Shown here: piece after piece, positions 57,637 to 64,000 of the stretch | How the letters are laid out: every line of letters begins with the position of its first letter | Position numbering within the stretch: position 1 is the first letter of the stretch | Assembly: GCA_963842685.1 (NCBI GenBank) | Contig: CAWJHT010000046.1 | Coordinates: forward strand, 1,440 to 65,439 | Length of the DNA stretch: 64,000 nucleotides | Direction of reading: 5' to 3' | Origin: an uncultured delta proteobacterium | Lineage (GTDB): Bacteria > Desulfobacterota > Syntrophia > Syntrophales > UBA5619 | The notes under the pieces: model-generated | Told to the model about the DNA's origin: nothing | What the model saw: only the letters and a program-made list of their open reading frames with translations | Database searches by the model: none | Translations under genes and position numbers: made by a program

Positions 57637-58366
57637 ATGCATGAATCAGGGATAACGAGGCGGCGACCGCGGCCGCATGCAGGAAAAGGGGAGGAAATCC
57701 CGGCCGGCGGCTCGTCCGGATAGCCGTCGTTTGCCTGTGTCTGCTGGTTTTGCTGAACGGCTGCGCACCCAAGATCTACAACGTCAACATGCGGTATGAA
57801 CCGACGAAGGTGATCCCGCCGGCGGTGACCGACGGCCGGAAATACAGCCTGACCGTGGCCTCCTTCATCGATCAGCAGAAAAATGGAGGACACGCTCCTG
57901 ATCGGCCGGGTGATCAAGTCGGACGGAACCTCCATCCCGATCCTGCCCAGATACGTCAAACCGACGGACGCCGTCGCCGCGGCGCTCCGCGAGCTTCTGT
58001 TCAAATCGGGATACGCCGTCTCCCCGGACAGACCGGCCTGGGATCTCAAGGAGACAACGATCCGGCCGGAGTGGGGAACGATCCTCGTCGGCGGAACCAT
58101 CGACGAGCTCGATGTGACCTGTCTCGAGACGTTCACGATGAAACGTTACAGCGCCAAGGCGCGGGTGACGCTGATCTTCGCCGACGTCCAGAAGAAAAGG
58201 ATCTTCTACCGGGTCACCTCGGAGAGCAGTTCCTCCCTCGACCATATCTTCTTCTCGGAGGAGAAGACTGGAGAGCCAGATCAACGGCGTCCTCTCCGAC
58301 GCCATGGAAAAGGCCATCGAGGGACCGGAGACGGTCCGCCAGATCCGGGAGGCGCTCAAACCATAA
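57637..58366 (+). CDS. Putative lipoprotein of unknown function, with about 3 frameshifts
   Basis: AAGGAGG lies upstream. The lipobox is VVCLCLLVLLNGC. The body is in ORF 57883..58404 (GRVIKSDGTSIPILPRYVKPTDAVAAALRELLFKSGYAV...). The tail LESQINGVLSDAMEKAIEGPETVRQIREALKP lies in another frame. Confidence 0.5.
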
Positions 58367-58434
58367 CCGCATCGGTGACGGCTCAGCAAAAACATGCTCC
58401 ATAGGCAAGGTAAGCGACACCTGTTGCAAAGCCG

Positions 58435-59322
58435 TCACCAGTGGGGCTGGTTGCCGATGCGATGCCCCATGACTTCGGTCGTGTCGGACACGACGACGAA
58501 AGCCTTCGGATCCTCGCTGCGGACGATCTGCTTGAGGGTCGCCACCTCCCGAAAGGTCACCACCGTGTAGAGGATCTGCTGCTCCCGCTGCGGAATAGGC
58601 CCCCTGACCGCGGAGGATGGTCACCCCGCGGTGGATCTCGTTGAGAATCCGGGAGGAGATTTTTTCCCACTGTGGCGAGATGATGAAGATCGCTTTCCGC
58701 TGGCTCAAACCCGTCACCACCAGATCGACGATCTTCGTGGAGACATAGAGGTAGATCAGGGTATAGAGGGCGTCCTCCAGGGAGAAGAGCAGCGCCGCGG
58801 CCGACAACACCAGGATGTTGAAGGCAAGTACGGTCGTCCCCAGGCGGATGGAGAAGCGCTGAAGGAGGATCACCGACAGGATATCGGTCCCGCCGGCCGA
58901 CCCCACCGATTTCAGGATGATCCCGGATCCCGCTCCCTGGATCAGGCCGGCCAGGATGGCAGCAAGAAGCTTGTCCTGGACCGGAACTCCGACATCCACC
59001 CAGGCGACGGCTCCCGCAAACAGAAGCATCCCGATCGATGCTGTAGATGAAGAACCGGCGGCTGATGAAAAACCAGCCGGCGATGAACAGCGGTACGTTC
59101 GCCAGGACATAGATCAGGGCGACGGAGAAAAACGGGAACAGATAATGGAGGACAAGCGCCAGCCCCGTGACGCCGCCGCTGACGAAGCGGTGGGGGATGA
59201 GAATCCCGTTGATGGCCAGCGGCGCACAGCAGGCTCCCCAGAATCAGCAGCCCCAGGTTCCAGCCGATGTTCTTCAGGATCGGCCAGCCGCTCCACTGGA
59301 AAAAGACCGGCATCGAGATCAC
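58435..59322 (-). CDS. YitT-family membrane protein (DUF2179 C-terminal domain), with about 3 frameshifts
   Basis: The N-terminus is NIGWNLGLLILGSLLCA. The core is GLIQGAGSGIILKSVGSAGGTDILSVIL. The C-terminal part reads IFIISPQWEKISSRILNEIHRGVTILRGQGAY and then ...VVTFREVATLKQIVRSEDPKAFVVVSDTTEVMGHRIG, in a shifted frame. Confidence 0.7.
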
Positions 59323-59507
59323 CTCCCGTTCACGGATGAACCCCGACGCGATTCGTCTTCGGGGAGTCGTATTACTTCAACCGCGGATCGTCGTTTCAAG
59401 CAAAGGCAGCGATCCCGCCAGTGAGGTTATGGTACATGATACAAGGATCACCGGACGTCCACTTATCCCCAAAAGTATACAGGACGACGGCCCCCCGGCG
59501 ATTCGAT

Positions 59508-59873
59508 TCAATCGGCTTTGATAAAATCAGCCCCTAACGGGGGGCAGGTAAAGAATTCCACATAACGGAAATCGCGGTCGGAGCGGTTGGCCGTTCCGTG
59601 TTTTTCACCGGACGGGATGAGGAGGATGTCGCCCGGCCTGACAACGGTCTCCTTCCCCTCGACAATCTCCACCGCTTCACCGCTGAGCGGAATCAAAATC
59701 GACTCCCGGTCCTTGTGATAATGATAGGGCACTTGGCTTCCGGGAACCAACAGGCCGAACATCCCGCCGATATGCGCGAAACGTTCCCCATCCAGTTTGA
59801 TCTCAGGCCGATAGGCTTGACCGGGTGACGGATTTTCTATGTTACAGAGGTCTTCACATTTGATGATTTTCAT
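59508..59873 (-). CDS. Cupin-domain protein
   Basis: Intact 121 aa. Cupin motifs PYHYHKDRESILIPLSGEAVE and PGDILLIPSGEKHGTAN. Confidence 0.75.
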   Translation of the reverse strand: MKIIKCEDLCNIENPSPGQAYRPEIKLDGERFAHIGGMFGLLVPGSQVPYHYHKDRESILIPLSGEAVEIVEGKETVVRPGDILLIPSGEKHGTANRSDRDFRYVEFFTCPPLGADFIKAD

Positions 59874-59903
59874 AACCGCTCCTCATAGTGTGGATTTCTA
59901 AAT

Positions 59904-61077
59904 TTACAGCGACTTCTCCAGAAAAGACGGCTTGCCGAGGGAGAGCTTCATCCATTCGGCCATCAACAGATTCTCCCGTTCTTCCCGGCTCATCCCGTCC
60001 AGATATTTCCCGCTCTCGATCATCTCCTTAAAATCACTGTACGAGAGTGCGGGATCCGTTCGACAGAGCTTTTGCAGCGCCCTGCCGATCGGCTGAAGTT
60101 TGGCGGATCAGGTCCTGATCCGAGAGACTTTTGATCCTGGCATACGTGTCAATCACCTGTTCGGCCTCGGGCAGCTGCGGAGATTCCAGGACTTTTTTAA
60201 AACCGGAGGCAAAGCGGTTGCAGCCTTCCATGATATTTTCCTGTTTGACCATATTGATCCCGCCCCAGCCGGCCTTGAGCCATTTAAAGGCCATGTAACG
60301 GGTCTGTGTTTTGGATGCGCCCGGCTCGAATAGGATGGAGACCGAAAAGGCGTCGTACATATACGAATTCACCCAGCCGAGGCCGGTTTTGGTCAGCCCC
60401 TTTTGGCCGGAATAGAAATAATTCCAGTCCGTGTCCAGGCCGATGATCGCCCCTTTCCGGCCGACGGTGGAGGGATTTTTCTGGCGGGTCACGGAAATGA
60501 AAAAATCCTTTCCCCGATAGTGAAGCAGGACCATCAGACGGTCCATCGTGTAGCGATAGTAGGCGCCAGTGGTCATGTCCGGCGTGATTTCCTCATACTC
60601 CACACCCCGCATCAGAAGCGGGACTTTCACATCCCCGACCTTTTCCCAAAAGCTGGCAACCGTCCCGGTCGGCTTGACCTGCCAACCGCCAAGGCGGACG
60701 ACCGAAGGAAGAGTGACGTAGGCCGGGATTTTGGGATTGTAGGCGTATTTGACGACCTTGGACAAAGGCGCCTTGACGTCGGTAAAAAAGTAGGCCCCGG
60801 TCGCATTTTCGCGTTCGCCCGGCTTCATTTTGGCTTCAGCGCCTTTTTCCGAAAGGGCAAAATCGAGCAGGCCGGACACTTTTTGTACGTCAAAGGAGGT
60901 CTCCTTGCTTGTGAGCATCGTCAGGAGGTAGGTGATCCCGTCATCCCAAATCGGACGTGCTTCACTTTTATCAGACCCGGCGGCCGCATACAGGGTGCCG
61001 TCGGGGATAAGAAAACCCGGCATCAAGCCGGGGAAAAGAACTAAAATCAGCAGCCATGTCGTACGGAACGCTTTCAT
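59904..61077 (-). CDS. Secreted protein of unknown function, with one frameshift near 60100
   Basis: Signal peptide MKAFRTTWLLILVLFPGLMPG...AAA. The body has normal, non-repetitive composition. The C-terminus continues in another frame (KLQPIGRALQKLCRTDPALSYSDFKEMIESGKYLDGMSREERENLLMAEWMKLSLGKPSFLEKSL) to a stop at 59904-59906. I recognise no family. Confidence 0.55.
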
Positions 61078-61317
61078 TACCACTCCTTCAAAGTTTATCA
61101 TTTTCAGGGTACTACATAATATGTCCCATCAGCGGGCGCAAGTAAAATTTCACTTTGTTTCATGATCTTATGGTGATGAGCGTGTACGAGGACAATGCGC
61201 ATCGCCGCTTTTTTTCTTGACAGGGCCGCCTATTTCACGAAAAGTGGCAGACTGACGAATGCCAGTTGCCCTCCACTTTCCCGGAGAGGCCGGCCATTAA
61301 ATGATTCAGGGGTATTC

Positions 61318-62211
61318 ATGGTCATCTATCTCAAGCTCTTCCTCACCGCTATTTTCTGGGGTGGTACCTTTGTGGCGGCCAGGATCGTTGCGCAGCATGT
61401 CGGTCCCTATTCCGCATCGTTTCTGAGGTTTTTGACGGCCTCCCTTTTTCTGATCGTCATGATCATCCTGAAAGAAGGGCGGATTCCCCGCCTTGAGCGG
61501 CACCAGGTCCTCCCCGCACTTCTCCTGGGGATGACGGGGGTTTTTGCTTACAACGTCTTCTTCTTTCTCGGAATGAAGACGATCCCCGCCGGCCGGGCCT
61601 CGCTCATCGTGGCCACCAATCCGGTCTTCATATCGCTCTTATCCGCTTTGATCTTCAGGGAACGGCTGAATTCAGCAAAGGTGAAGGGCATCTTACTGTG
61701 CCTGACCGGTGCGACGATCGTCATTTCCAGGGGAGATCCCCTTTCGATCTTCAGGGGGAGCGTGGGATGGGGGGAAATTTACACCCTGTGCAGTGTCGCA
61801 AGCTGGGTCGCCTATTCCCTCATCGGCAAAGTCATCATGAAGGATTTCTCGCCGCTCGCCGCAGTGACTTACTCCTGCCTCATCGGCGGCGCCGCTCTCC
61901 TTATCCCGGCCTGTATGCAGGATCTCCCCGGTCTGATCGGCAGCCTCTACCCGGAAGACTGGATCGGCATCCTCTATCTCGGTTTCTTCGGGACGGTCCT
62001 CGGATTTTTCTGGTATTATGAAGGTATTCGGGCGATCGGCCCTTCCCGGGCATCGGTTTTCACCAATTTCGTTCCGGTGAGTGGTGTCTTTTTCGGCTGG
62101 CTGATACTCGACGAGACCATCAACCTCTCCCTTTTGGTGGGGGCGGTCCTGGTCATGACCGGCGTTTATCTCACCAATCGTCCTGACGGATTCGCCAGGG
62201 ATCGCTCGTAA
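61318..62211 (+). CDS. EamA/DMT-family transporter
   Basis: Intact from MVIYLKLFLTAIFWGGTFVAARIV. It has ten TM segments and duplicated EamA halves. Confidence 0.8.
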   Translation: MVIYLKLFLTAIFWGGTFVAARIVAQHVGPYSASFLRFLTASLFLIVMIILKEGRIPRLERHQVLPALLLGMTGVFAYNVFFFLGMKTIPAGRASLIVATNPVFISLLSALIFRERLNSAKVKGILLCLTGATIVISRGDPLSIFRGSVGWGEIYTLCSVASWVAYSLIGKVIMKDFSPLAAVTYSCLIGGAALLIPACMQDLPGLIGSLYPEDWIGILYLGFFGTVLGFFWYYEGIRAIGPSRASVFTNFVPVSGVFFGWLILDETINLSLLVGAVLVMTGVYLTNRPDGFARDRS

Positions 62212-62290
62212 TTATGAGAGGATGCGACGAGAGAATCACCGGAAACTGATGTCGCGGCGACTGAAACGCCCTTTGCAGAAAAGAAATAGG

Positions 62291-62318
62291 TTTCAACCGG
62301 CATATCCGCCCGTTGAAA
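62291..62318. terminator. Candidate bidirectional hairpin terminator between the convergent eamA and kup genes
   Basis: TTTCAACcgg-catatccg-cccGTTGAAA forms a stem of 7 bp plus 2 bp with one mismatch. A/T-rich runs lie on both sides. Confidence 0.35.
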
Positions 62319-62323
62319 ATCGC

Positions 62324-64000
62324 TTATCTTTTCGCACCCGCACCGGATGAATTCAGATCCGCGGGATCGTCATCGAGGACGATGACCCGGGCGAATTTGC
62401 GCCCGATGACGACCGGAATGACCGTTTTGTTGCGCCCGGCAAACTCGCGCAGACCGAAGTAGCGGTCGGCCGAGTTGGTGAAGCGCATGATCGACAGGAA
62501 AAACCGGAGCATCAGGCGGCGGAAGAGCCATAGTGAAGGGTCGATCAAAATCTCTTCCTCGCCGATTTGGATGGTCCAGCGCCTCTCATTTAACCGGATG
62601 AGGCCTTTTTCCCTGAGCGTACGCAGCAACACAGGAACATTGGGTCTTTGCGTGTAGCCATAGCGGGCGTTGATCGCTACGGTATTCACGCCGAGGGGGA
62701 TCAGGTCAAAGCGCTCCGCTTCGGGAACGACCGGCCGGCTCAGCTGGGCGACGTTCAGCAGGATGATGTGCTTGGGTATCGCACCGTTGCGCCTGATATA
62801 GATCCGCAGGCCTATCGGACAAGGATCATCGGGCGACAGGACGGGTCTCGAGGTCATAAACACGATGGCCCGCTCCACCTGGGTCAGGCTTCGTATGCCG
62901 AACTGGGTGCGCAGATGCGGGCTGTCGACAATCTGCTGCTTCAACTCCAGGTAGCGCCGGATGGGGACCTTCAGAAAGTCGGAGAAGGCTAAGGCCAGCT
63001 GGGCTCGCCCCCACTGCCAGGTCTTCATGAGGTAAAAAAGGAACAGGGCGATCACGATCGGGACGAAGCCGCCGTCGACAAACTTCAGGGTGTTGGCGGA
63101 AAAGTAGGAAAGATCGAGGAGGAGAAACAAAAGGCATGCCGGGCCGATCAAGTACCACTTCCATCCCCAGCCGCGCGCCACGAAATAAAAGATGAACGAT
63201 GTGATGGCCATCGTTCCCGTCACGGCAATACCGTATGCCGCCGCCAGCGCACTCGACGTCTTGAAGCCGATCACCAGAAGCACGCAGCCGGTGAGGAGGA
63301 GCCAGTTCACCGCGGGGATATAAATCTGGCCTTCTATTTCGGCCGACGTGAAGACGATGTTGATGCGGGGGAAAAAACCCAGGGCAATCCCCTGCCTGGT
63401 CATGCTGAAGGCGCCCGAAATCAGGGCCTGCGAAGCGATCACCGTGGCCATCGTGGCCAACACCACGACCATATAGATGATCGGATCGTACTGCGGAAAG
63501 AGGGCATAGAAGAGGTGGTTGTTGGGGATGGGCGCACTGTCGAGCAGGCGCGCACCCTGTCCGAAATAGTTCAGCAGCAGACAGGGGAAGACGAACAAGT
63601 ACCACGAAAACTGGATCGCCCTGCGCCCGAAATGCCCCATATCGGCAAAGAGCGCCTCGACACCGGTGATGGCGAGCACCACCGCCCCGAGGACGAAGAC
63701 CACCCGGATGCCGTGGGTGTGAAGAAATTGCAAGGCGTAGAGGGGATTGACCGCCCAAAGCACGACGGGATGGGCGATGATCCAGACCAGACCCGCCGCA
63801 CCGATGGTGATGAACCAGACGACCATGATCGGGCCGAAGATCCTGCCCACGCGGGCCGTGCCCCGGCTCTGGAACAGGAAGAGCAGCAGGAGGGTGATCA
63901 CGGTCAGCCAGATGACGGCAGGTTTGAAGGCCGATGTGACCACCTCCAGCCCCTCATAGGCCGAGAGCACGGAGATCGCCGGGGTGATGACACCCTCGCC
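62324..64000 (-). CDS. kup: KUP/HAK/KT potassium uptake transporter (5' end beyond the window)
   Basis: The frame is open to the window edge. GVITPAISVLSAYEGLEV, FADMGHFG, QGQIYIPAVNW and a cytoplasmic C-terminal domain with no frame breaks. Confidence 0.9.
   Translation of the reverse strand, partial: GEGVITPAISVLSAYEGLEVVTSAFKPAVIWLTVITLLLLFLFQSRGTARVGRIFGPIMVVWFITIGAAGLVWIIAHPVVLWAVNPLYALQFLHTHGIRVVFVLGAVVLAITGVEALFADMGHFGRRAIQFSWYLFVFPCLLLNYFGQGARLLDSAPIPNNHLFYALFPQYDPIIYMVVVLATMATVIASQALISGAFSMTRQGIALGFFPRINIVFTSAEIEGQIYIPAVNWLLLTGCVLLVIGFKTSSALAAAYGIAVTGTMAITSFIFYFVARGWGWKWYLIGPACLLFLLLDLSYFSANTLKFVDGGFVPIVIALFLFYLMKTWQWGRAQLALAFSDFLKVPIRRYLELKQQIVDSPHLRTQFGIRSLTQVERAIVFMTSRPVLSPDDPCPIGLRIYIRRNGAIPKHIILLNVAQLSRPVVPEAERFDLIPLGVNTVAINARYGYTQRPNVPVLLRTLREKGLIRLNERRWTIQIGEEEILIDPSLWLFRRLMLRFFLSIMRFTNSADRYFGLREFAGRNKTVIPVVIGRKFARVIVLDDDPADLNSSGAGAKR

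Overview
A 64-kb chromosomal segment from a GC-rich Gram-negative bacterium. Gene content and order look like Desulfobacterota/Syntrophia-type deltaproteobacteria, but I cannot verify the taxon here. It is almost all core housekeeping DNA, and I found no rRNA, tRNA, CRISPR array, transposase, integrase or phage gene.

Layout, left to right:
- 1-5.0 kb, minus strand: an acyl-CoA module. It holds two paralogous split B12-dependent acyl-CoA mutase catalytic genes flanking a B12-binding small subunit, then a family III CoA-transferase and an IclR regulator.
- 5.7-7.9 kb, plus strand: a 2-hydroxyacid dehydrogenase and an Fe-alcohol dehydrogenase, divergent from that module.
- 8.4-15.7 kb: small redox and nucleoid genes (peroxiredoxin, cupin, two HU/IHF genes, GlcG-EamA, RNase HI) and a TctCBA tricarboxylate transporter.
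- 16-26 kb: an envelope block (S41 protease, YibQ-like, TPR lipoprotein, LolB-like lipoprotein) converging on a complete tolQRA-tolB-pal-cpoB cluster.
- 26-29 kb: the EF-P beta-lysylation module epmB-efp-epmA.
- 29.5-34 kb: an eRF1-fold (baeRF-like) gene converging on an operon of a small unknown gene, selB and an OB/HD nuclease.
- 34.3-53 kb: ruvX, mltG and a full dcw cluster, mraZ to ftsZ.
- 53-58.4 kb: an uncharacterised trio on the same strand (radical SAM, UPF0182 membrane protein, lipoprotein).
- 58.4-64 kb: YitT, a cupin, an unknown secreted protein, EamA and kup.

Main caveat: about two thirds of the genes are broken by frameshifts, including nearly every essential dcw gene. I can follow each protein family across frames by eye. 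This points to assembly indel errors rather than pseudogenes. Interrupted genes are therefore given as one reconstructed span, and boundaries near the breaks are approximate.

Most worth follow-up: the rSAM/UPF0182/lipoprotein trio after ftsZ, the baeRF-like gene beside the selB operon, and the duplicated mutase genes.
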